In this document: positions 18,708 through 29,426 of the stretch, piece by piece | Layout: each line of letters begins with the position of its first letter | How positions within the stretch are numbered: the first letter of the stretch is position 1 | NCBI GenBank assembly: GCA_965223545.1 | Contig: OZ245006.1 | Coordinates: 7,008,001-7,072,000 of the forward strand | Origin: Planctomycetota bacterium | Lineage (GTDB): Bacteria > Planctomycetota > UBA1135 > UBA2386 | Direction: 5' to 3' | Length of the DNA: 64,000 bases | The notes under the pieces: model-generated | What the model was told of the DNA's origin: nothing | Seen by the model: the letters and a program-made list of their open reading frames with translations, nothing else | The model's database searches: none | Position numbers and translations under genes: made by a program

Positions 18708-19933
18708 GGCGAGCCCTCTGCGTCGGCGGCGCCGTGCACCGCGGCGGCGACGCGTCCCGGCAGGCCGTAGAGCCGCACGAAGCCGGCGCTGTCCTTCTGG
18801 TCGTAGCCGGCGCTCTTGCCGAAGGTGGCGAGGTCCTCCGAGTAGAGCGACAGCGCGCTGTCCGCGCCCAGGGCGGTGGCGCGGCCCTTGAGCATCTCGA
18901 CCTGCACGGTGCCGGTGACCGGCCGCGCGATCTCGGCGAACAGCGCGTCGAGTGCGACGCGCGCCGGATGGAACCACCGCCCGCTGTAGACCAGATCGGC
19001 GTAGTCCGGCATCAGTCGCTCCGTCAGCCGGGCGGTATCGCGCTCCAGGGTCAGCGCGCGCAGCGCGCGCAGACCCTCGATCAACACGGTGCCCGCCGGC
19101 GTTTCGTACAGGCCGCGCGACTTCATCCCGACCAGGCGGTTTTCGACGATGTCGACGCGGCCGACCCCGTGCGCGGCGGCGCGCGCGTTGAGCCGCTCGA
19201 CGAGCGTCACGGCATCGCACTCTTCGCCGTCGAGCGCGACCGGCACGCCGTGCCGGTAGCCGATCTGCACGACCTCGGCGGTGTCCGGCGCGGCCCCCGG
19301 GTCGACGGTCAGCATCCAAGCATCGGCCGGCGGCGGCGCCGTCGGGTCCTCGATGCGACCGCCCTCGTGACTGATGTGCCAGAGGTTGCGGTCGCGGGAG
19401 TAGATCTTGGAGCGGCTCTGGGCCACCGGGATGTCGTGCGCGGCGGCGTAGTCCAGGGCGTCTTCGCGGCTCTCGATGTGCCAGTCGCGCCACGGCGCGA
19501 TGACCTCGAGGGTCGGCGCCAGCGCTTGGTAGCCGAGCTCGAACCGGACTTGGTCGTTGCCCTTGCCGGTGCAGCCGTGCGCCAGGGCGCCGGCGCCGAC
19601 CTCGCGGGCGTAGCGCACCTGCCCCTGCGCCAACACCGGCCGGGCCATGCTGGTGCCGAGCAGGTAGCGCCCCTCGTACACCGCCATCGCCCGCAAGCAC
19701 GGCCAGACGGCGTCCAGCAGGAAGGCGCTGCGCAGGTCCTCGACCCGGCACGAGGCCGCGCCGCTGCGCAGTGCCTTCTGCTCCAGGCCCTCGAGCTCTT
19801 CGGCGCCCTGGCCGACGTCGCCGGCGTAGCAGTGCACCTCCAAGCCGCGCTGCTCGCGCAGCCAGGGGATGATGATCGAGGTGTCGAGGCCGCCGGAGTA
19901 GGCGAGCACGACCTTCTTGTCGGCGCCGCTCAC
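18704..19933 (-). CDS. argG: Argininosuccinate synthase
   Basis: LAYSGGLDTS, HGCTGKGNDQVRF and GMKSRGLYETP. Confidence 0.97.
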   Translation of the reverse strand: MSGADKKVVLAYSGGLDTSIIIPWLREQRGLEVHCYAGDVGQGAEELEGLEQKALRSGAASCRVEDLRSAFLLDAVWPCLRAMAVYEGRYLLGTSMARPVLAQGQVRYAREVGAGALAHGCTGKGNDQVRFELGYQALAPTLEVIAPWRDWHIESREDALDYAAAHDIPVAQSRSKIYSRDRNLWHISHEGGRIEDPTAPPPADAWMLTVDPGAAPDTAEVVQIGYRHGVPVALDGEECDAVTLVERLNARAAAHGVGRVDIVENRLVGMKSRGLYETPAGTVLIEGLRALRALTLERDTARLTERLMPDYADLVYSGRWFHPARVALDALFAEIARPVTGTVQVEMLKGRATALGADSALSLYSEDLATFGKSAGYDQKDSAGFVRLYGLPGRVAAAVHGAADAEGSP

Positions 19934-20889
19934 GACCGCGCCTCTCCGCTGCCGAGCAGCAGCACCAGGATCGCCTTCTGCACGTGCAGACGGTTCTCGG
20001 CGGTGTCGAACACCGCCGAACGCGGGCTGTCGAGGACCGCGGCGGTGACCTCGGCGCCGCGGTGCGCCGGCAGGCAGTGCATGAACAGTGCCTCGCCCTT
20101 GGCGCACGCCATCAGCTCTTCGTTGACCTGATGGTGCTCGAAAGCGGCGTTGCGCTCCTCGATCTCACCCTCCTGCCCCATGCTCGCCCACACGTCGGTG
20201 TAGATCGCGTCGGCGTTGTGCACGGCGGCCTTTGGCTCGTGCTCGAGGACGAGCTCCGCGCCGCTGGTGCGCGCGGTGTGCATCGCCTCGTTGACGACTT
20301 TGGCGTTGGGCTCGTAGCCCTCGGGCGTGCACACGGTCATGTGCACGCCGAGTGCGGCGGCGGTGTAGATCAACGAGTGGCAGGTGTTGTTGCCGTCGCC
20401 GACGTAGACCAGCTTGCGGCCGCGGGCATCGCCCCACTTCTCGCTGAGGGTGAAGAAGTCGGTCAGCGCCTGGCAGGGGTGCAGGAAGTCGGTCAAGCCG
20501 TTGATGACGGGGATCGAGCAGTGTGCCGCGACCTCTTCGACCGCCTTGTGCTTGAAGGTCCGCAGCACGACGACGTCGACCCAGCGCTCGAGATTGCGGG
20601 CCACGTCGCGCAGCGCCTCGCGGCTGCCGATCCGCGCGTCGCGGTGGTCGAGGAACACGCAGCGTCCGCCGAGCTCCTGCATGCCGATGTCGAACGTGAA
20701 CCGCGTGCGCAGGCTGTCCTTCTCGAAGATCATCGCCAGGCGTTTTCGCGCCAGCAGGTCGGTGTAGTGGTCGCGGCCCTCCTTGAGCGCGCGCGCGGTG
20801 GCGAAGACGGTGTCGATGTCTTCAGCGGAGAGCTGGGCGACGGACAGCAGGTCCTTGTGCGGAAGGCGGCCGAAGGGCGACTGGCTCAT
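19930..20889 (-). CDS. argF: Ornithine carbamoyltransferase
   Basis: FEKDSLRTR, HPCQALTD, DVWASMG and HCLPAHRG. Confidence 0.95.
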   Translation of the reverse strand: MSQSPFGRLPHKDLLSVAQLSAEDIDTVFATARALKEGRDHYTDLLARKRLAMIFEKDSLRTRFTFDIGMQELGGRCVFLDHRDARIGSREALRDVARNLERWVDVVVLRTFKHKAVEEVAAHCSIPVINGLTDFLHPCQALTDFFTLSEKWGDARGRKLVYVGDGNNTCHSLIYTAAALGVHMTVCTPEGYEPNAKVVNEAMHTARTSGAELVLEHEPKAAVHNADAIYTDVWASMGQEGEIEERNAAFEHHQVNEELMACAKGEALFMHCLPAHRGAEVTAAVLDSPRSAVFDTAENRLHVQKAILVLLLGSGEARS

Positions 20890-22061
20890 GACGCGTTCTC
20901 TGGCAAGGCGGCGAGAGTGCCATCGAGGATGGCGAGGCCGCGGTCGATCTGTTCTGCGGTGATCACGTATGGGGGAAGGAAGCGCAGCACGTTGCCGGCG
21001 GTGGCATTGGCGACGACGCCGCGCTCCAGCAGCGTGCGCTGCACCGGGCCGGCGTCGCGGTCGAGCGCGATGCCCAGCATCAGGCCGCGGCCGCGCACCT
21101 CGTCGATGCAGGGGTGTTGCGCGGCGAGCCGCTCGAGGCCGCGCCGCAGCTGGGCTCCGCGTTCGACGACGGCGTCTTGCAGGCCACCTTCGAGCGCGGC
21201 CAAGAACACCGTCGCCGCGCGGCAGGCGAGCGGCCCGCCGCCGAAGGTCGAGCCGTGATCGCCGGGCTGCAGGACGTCGCGCAACGGCGCGGCGACGACG
21301 GTAGCGCTCAGCGGTAGGCCGGCGGCGAGCGGCTTGGCCAGGGTGGCGATGTCGGGGCGCACGTCGGCGTGCTCGGCGGCCAGGAAGGTGCCGGTGCGGC
21401 CGCAGCCGCTCTGCACCTCGTCGTGGATCAACACGGTGCCGGTGTCGTCACACAGTCGGCGTGCGGCCCGCAGGTAGTCGTCGGGCAACGGGCGGATCCC
21501 GCTCTCGCCCTGGATCGGCTCGAGGATCAGCGCGGCGGGAGCGGTGGCCAGGGCTTGCTCGAGCGCGGCCCGGTCGGCGAACGGCACGAAGTGGGTGTCC
21601 GGCACCAGCGGCGCGAAGGGCTCGCGGTACGGGGCGTGCGCGGTCACCGACAGGGCGCCCATGGTGCGGCCGTGGAAGCCGCCCTCCAGCGCGACGAACG
21701 CGGTGCGCTGCGGCGCGCCGCGCTGCCGCTGGTACTTGCGGGCGATCTTCAGGGCGGCCTCGTTGGCCTCGGCGCCGCTGTTGGCGAAGAACACCGCGGC
21801 CAGCCCGGTCAGTGCGGCCAGGCGATTGGCGACCGCCTCGCTGTACGGGTGCGGAAACAGGTTGCTGGTGTGGAGCAGCGCGCCGACTTGGTCGCGCAGC
21901 GCCTCGGTCAGCGCGGGATGGGCATGGCCGAGGGCGGAGACGGCGATGCCGCTGAAGAAGTCGAGCGCCTCGCCGCCGTCCGCGGTGCGCAGCACGGCGC
22001 CGTCGCCGGCGACGAAGGCGACTTTGGAGCGGACGTAGGTGGGCAGCACGTGCGGTTCCAT
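20886..22061 (-). CDS. argD: Acetylornithine aminotransferase
   Basis: NSGAEANEAA, FHGRT, EPIQGE, DEVQSG and HGSTFGG. Confidence 0.93.
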   Translation of the reverse strand: MEPHVLPTYVRSKVAFVAGDGAVLRTADGGEALDFFSGIAVSALGHAHPALTEALRDQVGALLHTSNLFPHPYSEAVANRLAALTGLAAVFFANSGAEANEAALKIARKYQRQRGAPQRTAFVALEGGFHGRTMGALSVTAHAPYREPFAPLVPDTHFVPFADRAALEQALATAPAALILEPIQGESGIRPLPDDYLRAARRLCDDTGTVLIHDEVQSGCGRTGTFLAAEHADVRPDIATLAKPLAAGLPLSATVVAAPLRDVLQPGDHGSTFGGGPLACRAATVFLAALEGGLQDAVVERGAQLRRGLERLAAQHPCIDEVRGRGLMLGIALDRDAGPVQRTLLERGVVANATAGNVLRFLPPYVITAEQIDRGLAILDGTLAALPENAS

Positions 22062-22094
22062 GGCGTAGAGCGGTCGTGGGGTCGGGAGCAGTCG

Positions 22095-22913
22095 TCAGGC
22101 GCGGTCGGTGGCCGAGGCGGCGGCGATGCGCGTTCCGCAGTCGGGGCGCAGTGCCCGAGCGATGGCGTCTTCGCCGTTGGCGCTGGCGATCACCACCAGC
22201 GCGACGCCGTGGATGGCGTGCGCGTCGCGCGCGGCGGCGATCTTGGGCAGCATGCCGCCGCGGATGACTCCGGTGCCCCGCAGCGCGTCTTCGCCGCGCG
22301 GATCGAGCTGGCGGACCGGCTGGCCGTCGCCGTCGAGGACGGCGTCGACGTCGCTCAAGAACAGCACGGCGTCGGCGTCGAGCGCCGCCGCCAGCGGACC
22401 GGCGGCCATGTCGGCGTTGATGTTGTAGAGCTGGTCGCGCGGGCCCGGCAATCCGGTTGCCAGCGGCGCGACGGTGGCGACCACCGGCACCAGCCTCGCC
22501 TGCCACAGCGAGCGCAGCAGGTGCGGCTCGACGCGGTGTACCGCGCCGACGTAGCCGAGGTCGGCGCCGCCGGGCCGGTGCACGCGCGCGGTCATGCAGG
22601 ACCCGTCGGCGCCGCACACCCCGACCGCGCCGACACCCGCCGCCGTCAGCGCGGCCACCAGCTGTTTGTTGACCTGGCCGGCCAACACCGCGGTGGCGAC
22701 CTCGGCGGTGGCGGCGTCGGTCACCCGCAGGCCGTCGACGTAGCGCTGCGGCAGGGCCAGACGGCCGGCCAGGGCACGGATCTGATTGCCGCCGCCGTGC
22801 ACCAGCAGCAGCTCGTGCCCGCGCGAGCGCGCGCCCGCGACCGCCCGCGCCAGGCAAGCCCGGGCCGCCGGTTGCTCCAGCTGGGCACCGCCGATCTTCA
22901 CGACCAGCCTCAT
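22095..22913 (-). CDS. argB: Acetylglutamate kinase
   Basis: VVKIGG, VHGGG, GLRVTD, NINAD and GGMLPK. Confidence 0.95.
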   Translation of the reverse strand: MRLVVKIGGAQLEQPAARACLARAVAGARSRGHELLLVHGGGNQIRALAGRLALPQRYVDGLRVTDAATAEVATAVLAGQVNKQLVAALTAAGVGAVGVCGADGSCMTARVHRPGGADLGYVGAVHRVEPHLLRSLWQARLVPVVATVAPLATGLPGPRDQLYNINADMAAGPLAAALDADAVLFLSDVDAVLDGDGQPVRQLDPRGEDALRGTGVIRGGMLPKIAAARDAHAIHGVALVVIASANGEDAIARALRPDCGTRIAAASATDRA

Positions 22914-23932
22914 GGTGACCCCGCCGGGCCGAGGCCCGCGCTCGTCAGTCCCATCGTCTCGGGCAGGCCGAGCAGCACGTTCAGGTTCTGCACCGCCTGG
23001 CCGGCGGCACCCTTGCCGAGGTTGTCGATCGCGGCGACGACCACCACGCGGTCGCCGGCATCGGCGGCGCCGATGTCGCAGAAGTTGGTGTGCTGCACGC
23101 GGTCGAGGCTGGGGGTGCCGGTCGGATAGACCCGCACGAAGGGCTCGGCGGCGTAGTGTTCGTCGAGGTGCGCCAGCATCGCCGCGGCGTCGACGCCCGG
23201 CGCCGGGGCCAAGTACAGCGTCGTCAACATGCCGCGGAACAGCGGCAGCAAGTGCGGCACGAACACGATGCGGTCGGTGCCGGCCCGGGCGTGGATCTCC
23301 GGCGTGTGGCGGTGCGTGCCGATGCCGTAGGCGCTGCAGTTGTCGTGCACATTGCCGTAGACCGTGCGCTCGCTCGGGGTCTTGCCGGCGCCGGAGACGC
23401 CGCTCTTGGCATCGGCGATGATCGGGACATCGGGGGCGAGGAGGTCGCTGTGCAACAGCGGCAGCAGCGGCAGGAGGATCGAGGTGGGGTAGCAGCCGGG
23501 GTTGGCGATCAAGCGGCCCCCTTTGACCGCGGTGCGGTAGTGCTCGGTCAGACCGTAGACGGCGTCGTCGAGCAGCTCTGGCGCGGCGTGCGGCTGGCCG
23601 TAGTGCGCGGCGTAGAGATCCGCATCGCGCAGGCGGAAATCGGCCGACAGGTCGACGACCTTGCAGTCGTGTTCGAGTGCCGCCCGCACCAGCGGCACCG
23701 CGGCGCCGTGCGGGGCGCAGACGATGGCGGCGTCCACGTACTGCAGGTCCGACAGCCGCAGGGGTTCGACCGCGGCATCGTACGGCAGGTCGGGTGGTGG
23801 TGGCGTGTAGTCGGTCCGCGCGGTGGTCGTCAGGTCGACCTGTACTCCGGGATGGCGGTGCAGCAGGCTGCGGACTTCGCGGCCGGTGTAACCGGAAGCG
23901 CCGACGATCGCGATGCGCGGGGTGCGCGTCAT
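22910..23932 (-). CDS. argC: N-acetyl-gamma-glutamyl-phosphate reductase
   Basis: [31 protein letters not shown] and [13 protein letters not shown]. Confidence 0.97.
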   Translation of the reverse strand: MTRTPRIAIVGASGYTGREVRSLLHRHPGVQVDLTTTARTDYTPPPPDLPYDAAVEPLRLSDLQYVDAAIVCAPHGAAVPLVRAALEHDCKVVDLSADFRLRDADLYAAHYGQPHAAPELLDDAVYGLTEHYRTAVKGGRLIANPGCYPTSILLPLLPLLHSDLLAPDVPIIADAKSGVSGAGKTPSERTVYGNVHDNCSAYGIGTHRHTPEIHARAGTDRIVFVPHLLPLFRGMLTTLYLAPAPGVDAAAMLAHLDEHYAAEPFVRVYPTGTPSLDRVQHTNFCDIGAADAGDRVVVVAAIDNLGKGAAGQAVQNLNVLLGLPETMGLTSAGLGPAGSP

Positions 23933-24381
23933 GCTGTCCTTCCCATGTGCGCGAGCTGCCGTTGCAGCTGCGTCGCCTGCCGCGTGCCCGTGCAGATCAC
24001 GAGGACCGTGTCGTCCCCGGCGATGGTGCCCAACACACCCGTCAGGGCGGCGCGGTCGAGGGCCAGTGCCAGCGGCTGGGCGCCGCCGGGCGGCGTGCGC
24101 AATACCAGCTGGTTGAGCGCCCGGGCGGCGGACAACAGCCACTCCTGCGTGCTGTGCCGCAAACCGGCGCGCGGGCCGCTCGGTGCCGGGCCGTCTTGCG
24201 GCAGCTCGTAGCCGTCGGGTCCCTTGCGCACGCCGAGCGCGCGCAGGTCGCGCGACAGCGTCGCCTGGTTGACGGCGTGGCCTTGGCGGGCGAGCCGCTC
24301 GCGCAGCTCGCCCTGGCTGTGCACGTGACCGCGCTGCAACAGGCTCTGGATGGCGTCGTGCCGCTGCTCTCGGCTGGGCAT
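23929..24381 (-). CDS. argR: Arginine repressor
   Basis: SQGEL...QATLSRDL w[11 protein letters not shown] arginine-binding motif. Confidence 0.95.
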   Translation of the reverse strand: MPSREQRHDAIQSLLQRGHVHSQGELRERLARQGHAVNQATLSRDLRALGVRKGPDGYELPQDGPAPSGPRAGLRHSTQEWLLSAARALNQLVLRTPPGGAQPLALALDRAALTGVLGTIAGDDTVLVICTGTRQATQLQRQLAHMGRTA

Positions 24382-24402
24382 GGAGGTGCGCGATCTTGCG
24401 CC

Positions 24403-24440
24403 AATTCACATTCTTATGCAAGTAAATGCATAAAATTGTG
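24403..24440. promoter_or_regulatory. ARG box(es), ArgR operator
   Basis: AT-rich patch containing the 18-bp palindrome TATGCAAGTAAATGCATA (24415-24432) directly upstream of argR. Confidence 0.75.
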
Positions 24441-24484
24441 TCAGCTGGCGCGCTGCCACGTGCCTGTCAAAGGGCGCGTGGGGG

Positions 24485-25642
24485 TCAACCGGGCCCCGGG
24501 ATTCGCAACCGCTCCCACGCGGCCGCGATCTCGCGGGCCGCCAGGCGATGCCCGGCGGCGTTGAAGTGGACGTCGAGGTAGAGGTGCTGTTGCGCGGCGG
24601 TCGCGCGGCGAAAGGCCGGCGTCAGATCCAGCATCGCCACGCCGTGTCGATCCCCCCAGGAGCGCAGCGCCTGGTTGGCCTTGTCGAGATCGAAGGTGGC
24701 GGCGTCGAGGCCGCAGCGGTCCACGACGATCTTCCAGAGGGCGGGGTGGTACTGGTACGGGCCCGGCAGCAGCACGACGAGCAGGGGAAGCTCGGCCTCC
24801 CGGCAAGCGCTTGCCAGGCGCTCGAGCTGCGCCGTCGTCGCGGCAAACGCGGCCTCGGCGCGCGGCGACCAAGTGCGGTCGAACATGGCGGCGCTGAACG
24901 CCGGGTCCCAGTCGAGCGCGGCGCAGAAACGCCGCTCCAGCTCCTGTTCGTCGGCGAGCGGGGCTCCGCCCAGGCCGCGCATCAGGAGCTGCACGGCGTG
25001 GCTGTGGATCACGACGGCGGCCTTGAGGGTGAGCCACCACGCCGGGTTGTCGCGGTCGACGGTGACGAGCACGCCGCTGCGCGCGGTCAACGTGCCGAAC
25101 TCCTCGGTGTGGTTGTCGCGAAAGTCGTTGCCCAAGTACAGCCCCAGAACGACCGCATCGGCGTCGAGCGCGGCGCGGTCGGCTTCGAGGAGGGCCGCCG
25201 CGTTGTGGGTGCCGTAGCCGGGTGCGCCGCAGTTGATCACCTCGACCGACCGGCCGCCCCGGGCGGCGAGTTCGGCGGCCAACAGCGCCGGATAGGCCTC
25301 GCCGGCCTCCACTCCGGAGCCGAAGCAGAACGAGTCGCCGAGTGCGGCGACGCGGAGGCCATCCGCCACAGCCGCCGTGCTCGGTGCGCTGCGGTAGCCG
25401 CGCGCGTCGACGCGGATCTCGATGTCGAAGTGCTCGGTGCGGTGTCGCGTGTCGATGCCCGGCCGCAGTCGATACTGCGTGTGCGGGTCGGAGATGAACA
25501 GATCGGGTGGGTAGCCGCCCGGCGGGGGCTCCCACAGCAGTCGCACCAGCAGCTCGCAGAGCAACAGTGCGGCGACGATCGCCGCGGTGGCGGTGAGCAG
25601 CCGGAGGCGCCGGCGCGGACGGGGAGCAGGTGGGGACGTCAT
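24485..25642 (-). CDS. SGNH/GDSL hydrolase
   Basis: ALGDSFCFG, INCGAPGYGT, YLGNDF and DVHFNAAGH. Confidence 0.85.
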   Translation of the reverse strand: MTSPPAPRPRRRLRLLTATAAIVAALLLCELLVRLLWEPPPGGYPPDLFISDPHTQYRLRPGIDTRHRTEHFDIEIRVDARGYRSAPSTAAVADGLRVAALGDSFCFGSGVEAGEAYPALLAAELAARGGRSVEVINCGAPGYGTHNAAALLEADRAALDADAVVLGLYLGNDFRDNHTEEFGTLTARSGVLVTVDRDNPAWWLTLKAAVVIHSHAVQLLMRGLGGAPLADEQELERRFCAALDWDPAFSAAMFDRTWSPRAEAAFAATTAQLERLASACREAELPLLVVLLPGPYQYHPALWKIVVDRCGLDAATFDLDKANQALRSWGDRHGVAMLDLTPAFRRATAAQQHLYLDVHFNAAGHRLAAREIAAAWERLRIPGPG

Positions 25643-25670
25643 CGACGGGCCGGGGCGCAGGGGGCGCGCC

Positions 25671-26330
25671 TCAGCCGCGCAGGTGGCGGTCGAAGTGGGC
25701 CAGCGTCTGCTGCCAGGCGTCGACCGCTGCGGCCTCGTGGTAGGCCTCGGGCCGCGTGTCGTTGAAGAACGCGTGGCCGGCACCGGGGTATACGGTCACG
25801 CTGGTGTCCGCGCCGGCAGCGGCCTGATCGGCCGCCCACGCCTGCGCATCGGGCACCGAGAAGAAGTCCTCGTGCTCGCCGAAAAAGACCCGCGTCGGCG
25901 CGCAGTCGCCGCTCACCGCGGCGCGGTCCGGCGGGAAGCCGTAGAACGCGCAGGCGGCGTCGACGCCGGCGTGCTTGGCAGCCAGCACGGTCAGCGCCCC
26001 GCCCATGCAAAAGCCGACCGCGCCGACCTTGGCGCAGCCGCGCGCGCGCAGCGCGGCCACCGCCCCACCGATCTCGGCCACCGCGCGGTCCCAGTCGAGC
26101 CCCTCCATCAGGTGCTGCGCTTCCTCGGCTTCTACCGTGCTCTTGCCGTGGTAGAGGTCGGGCGCCAGCGCGGCGTAGCCGACGCCGGCAAACCGCGCGC
26201 ACACGTCCTCGATGTGGGGCACCAGCCCCCACCATTCCTGGATGACGACGATCCCGGTGCCGGTCTCGGTGGTGGGAGTGGCGAGGTGCCCGGTTGCCGC
26301 GCCGTCGAGGAACTGGATCGTCTGGCTCAT
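25671..26330 (-). CDS. Dienelactone hydrolase family protein
   Basis: QEWWGL, GFCMGG and YPGAGHAFFND. Confidence 0.92.
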   Translation of the reverse strand: MSQTIQFLDGAATGHLATPTTETGTGIVVIQEWWGLVPHIEDVCARFAGVGYAALAPDLYHGKSTVEAEEAQHLMEGLDWDRAVAEIGGAVAALRARGCAKVGAVGFCMGGALTVLAAKHAGVDAACAFYGFPPDRAAVSGDCAPTRVFFGEHEDFFSVPDAQAWAADQAAAGADTSVTVYPGAGHAFFNDTRPEAYHEAAAVDAWQQTLAHFDRHLRG

Positions 26331-26349
26331 GGATCGACGTCTCGCAGGC

Positions 26350-27045
26350 TCAGTCGTTGTTGAGGCTGCCGAGCAGGTGCAGCAGGTTCTGGAACAGCAG
26401 GATGACGCTGACGAACAGAGCGATCGCCGCCGGTATGTGCGCCGTCGTCGGGTAGTGCCGGAGGATGCGGCTGGTGTCGTACAGGATGTAGCCGGAGAAC
26501 AGCAGCACGCCGGCGGCCGAGCCCCACAGACCGGTGTTGAAGCCGAACAGCCAACCCGCGATCGAGACGCCGATCAGGGCGAACAGTCCGATCGCCAGCG
26601 CGCCGCGCAGGAAGGAGAAGTCCCTGCCGCTGAGAAACACGAACGCGGTCAACCCGCTGAACACCAGGGTGGTCACCAGCGCGGCTTGGGTGAGGATGTT
26701 GGCACCCGTCGCTGCGTAGTAGAGCACCGGAGGCGCCAGCAACAGGCCGAACAAGACGGTGTAGGCGAAGTAGGCGACGACGTTGATCGGCGACTTCTCT
26801 GCCACCCGGTGCACGACGAAGCCCGCACCGAACAAGATCGCGATGAACAGGAGTGGGCCACCCCGGTAGATGTTGATCGCGAGTTCCTGCGCTTGCGGGA
26901 TGCTGGCCACGGCCCAGAGCGTCGCCGCGAAGCTGAAGATGCCGGCCAGCAGCCAAGAGTAGGTGCGTTGCAGGAAAGCGGCGCGTTCGTCCGCAGCAGC
27001 GCTGGCTGCGGCGACGTGGTGGAGGGAATGCGGGTTGTCGTGCAT
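26350..27045 (-). CDS. Bax inhibitor-1/YccA family membrane protein
   Basis: FLQRTY N-terminus, DFSFL and YILYDTSRI; about 7 TM segments. Confidence 0.9.
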   Translation of the reverse strand: MHDNPHSLHHVAAASAAADERAAFLQRTYSWLLAGIFSFAATLWAVASIPQAQELAINIYRGGPLLFIAILFGAGFVVHRVAEKSPINVVAYFAYTVLFGLLLAPPVLYYAATGANILTQAALVTTLVFSGLTAFVFLSGRDFSFLRGALAIGLFALIGVSIAGWLFGFNTGLWGSAAGVLLFSGYILYDTSRILRHYPTTAHIPAAIALFVSVILLFQNLLHLLGSLNND

Positions 27046-27238
27046 CGGTCGCCCTTGGATTCGGGGTTCTCCTATCGAAACTGCAGAAGTGCAAGATATG
27101 GCGTCCGCCCGCCAGTGCAACGACAACCCGCTGGCAGCGCGGGGTCGTGGTTCGGCGGAGGGCTGAGAACAGCGATTGCTTCAAGTCGGAGCGCGGTGCA
27201 CTCCGATCGCCTCGTCACACCTGGGAGTCGACAACGAC

Positions 27239-28339
27239 GTGACGCAACCTGAAGACTCGCCCGCCGTGGCGGTCGTCGATCGCCTGCTGCGCACCGCCTG
27301 TGCCCGCGGCGCCAGCGACTTGCACCTCGATCCGAGCGCGGACGGGGTCCGCGTGCGGTTGCGCTGCGATGGCGCCCTGCAGACCGTGGAGACCCTGCCG
27401 GCGGAGCTGGCGCCCCGGCTGGTCGGCCGCTGCAAGGCGCTGGCGGAGTTGCTGGTCTATCGCAGCGACGTGCCGCAGGAAGGGCGGGTCGACGCGGCGA
27501 GATCGGGAGTCGCGCGTGAGCTGCGCGTCGCCACGTATCCGACCGTCAGCGGCGAGCGCGTCGCGGTGCGGCTCGACAGTCGGGACGGCGCGCCGCGTCG
27601 GTTGGCCGAGCTGGGGCTCGACGCTGGCGTGGTGGAGGCGCTGTCGCTGGCCTTGGCGGCGCCCGACGGCGTCGTGCTGGTGACCGGGCCTTCGGGCAGT
27701 GGCAAGACGACGACGTTGTACTCCTGTCTGCTGCACCTGCTGGCGCAGTCGGAGGAACGCGCGTTGGTCAGCGTCGAGGACCCGGTCGAACGCCGGATCG
27801 ATGGCGTGGTGCAAACCGAGGTCGACGCCGTCGCCGGCCTGGACTTCTCCGGTGCCCTGCGCTCGCTCTTGCGGCAGGACCCCGACGTGATCCTGATTGG
27901 TGAAGTGCGGGACCCCGAAACCGCGCGCATCGCGCTCAAGGCCGGTCTCACCGGTCATCTCGTCCTGGCGACGGTGCACGCCAAGGGCGCCGCCGAGGTG
28001 TTCGCCCGCATGCTCGATCTGGGCGTCGAACCGTTCGCCCTGACGACCACGGTGCGCGGCGTACTGTCGCAGCGCCTGCTGCGCCGGCGTTGCCCGTGTG
28101 CCGGTGCCGGCTGTGGGCGCTGCCACGGCTCGGGCTACAGCGGGCGAATGCCGGTCGCCGAGTGGCTACCGATGCACGAGCCGCTGCGCGCGGCGGTACT
28201 GGCGCGCGCCGACGGCGAGGCCCTGGAGCACGCCGCGCGGCAGGGGGGAACCAGTGGGTTGCGGGAGGTCGCAGCCCGATGCGTGATGCGGGGCGAGACC
28301 GACACCAAGGAGGTGGAACGTGTCCTCGGCAGAAACTGA
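27239..28339 (+). CDS. GspE/PilB-type secretion ATPase lacking the N-terminal domain
   Basis: ASDLH, PQEGR, GPSGSGKTTT, EDPVE, LRQDPDVILIGEVRD, GHLV..TVH and a 4-Cys motif. Confidence 0.9.
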   Translation: MTQPEDSPAVAVVDRLLRTACARGASDLHLDPSADGVRVRLRCDGALQTVETLPAELAPRLVGRCKALAELLVYRSDVPQEGRVDAARSGVARELRVATYPTVSGERVAVRLDSRDGAPRRLAELGLDAGVVEALSLALAAPDGVVLVTGPSGSGKTTTLYSCLLHLLAQSEERALVSVEDPVERRIDGVVQTEVDAVAGLDFSGALRSLLRQDPDVILIGEVRDPETARIALKAGLTGHLVLATVHAKGAAEVFARMLDLGVEPFALTTTVRGVLSQRLLRRRCPCAGAGCGRCHGSGYSGRMPVAEWLPMHEPLRAAVLARADGEALEHAARQGGTSGLREVAARCVMRGETDTKEVERVLGRN

Positions 28340-29426
28340 GACCAAGACCGTCGAGTCGTTGGCAGGCGCGTCGGCCGGGCTGCCACCCGGACCCGGCCAG
28401 CCGCCGCGAGGTGAGCTGGCCCTGTTGCATCACAGCTTGGCCGAGTACTTCCGCAGCGGTCTACCACTGCCGCGCGCGTTGGCCGCGCTCGGCGCCGAGC
28501 TGCGCGGCGGGCGCTTGCGTTCGGCGTGCGCGCGCATCGCCGCCGATGTCGACGTTGGCACTCCGTTCGCCGAGGCCTACGCCCGCCACGGTGCGGTGTT
28601 CCCACCGGTGTACCGCGCGCTGGTCGAGGCCGGCCAGCGCGGTGGCGCGATGAGCGCGGTACTCGATGAGATCGCGTGCCACGCCAGCCTCGTCGAACGC
28701 GTGCGCCAGCAGCTGCGCCGCCAGCTGGAGGCGCCGTTGTGGGGGGCGGCGATGGTCATCGGCGTCGCCCTCTTCGTCGCCTGCTTCGTGGCGCCGCTGC
28801 CGCCGATCGAGGTTCTGATCGGCCCCTCCAATGGTGGTGGGTGGTCGGCGAGCGAGTTGTCACTACCCGTCGGTCTCGCCCTACTGGTCGCCGGCGCGCT
28901 CGTCGTGGTACTGTTTGCCTGGTTGCGCAGGCCACTCGACGCCGCGGGACCGGCCGGGCTGCGCTATCGCTTGCCGGTCTTGGGGCGCCTGCACGCGGAT
29001 GCCGCGGTGGCCGGCTTTGCCGCCACGGCGGCGCTGTTGCTGCGCCGGCGGATGCCGCTCGAGCGCGCGCTCGCATTGTGCGCCGAGACCGCCGCCGACG
29101 CCGGTGTCCGGGCCGCCGCCGGTCGCATGGCGGCCGCCGCCGGCAGCGGCGCGTCTGCGTCCGAGGCATTGGCGCGCGGCGGGCTCATCCCAGCGAGCCT
29201 GCTGTGGTTCGTCGATGCGGCCGCGGCCAGTGGGGGCGACGGTGCGGCGCGCGCGCTGGACGACATCGCCGCGCTCTACCGGCAGCGGGTCGAGCGCGCG
29301 GCCGAGCGCGCTGGGGTGTACGCAGTTCCTCTTCTGCAGCTCGCCGCCGGCGTCGTCGTCCTGGTGCTGGCGCTCGGTTATGCCTTCCCGGGCCTGCACT
29401 TGACCGGCGCGTTGTGGGGTTCGTGA
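28320..29426 (+). CDS. GspF/PilC-type inner-membrane platform protein
   Basis: SGLPLPRAL, FPPVYRALVEAGQRGG and LPVLGRL. Confidence 0.8.
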   Translation: MSSAETETKTVESLAGASAGLPPGPGQPPRGELALLHHSLAEYFRSGLPLPRALAALGAELRGGRLRSACARIAADVDVGTPFAEAYARHGAVFPPVYRALVEAGQRGGAMSAVLDEIACHASLVERVRQQLRRQLEAPLWGAAMVIGVALFVACFVAPLPPIEVLIGPSNGGGWSASELSLPVGLALLVAGALVVVLFAWLRRPLDAAGPAGLRYRLPVLGRLHADAAVAGFAATAALLLRRRMPLERALALCAETAADAGVRAAAGRMAAAAGSGASASEALARGGLIPASLLWFVDAAAASGGDGAARALDDIAALYRQRVERAAERAGVYAVPLLQLAAGVVVLVLALGYAFPGLHLTGALWGS

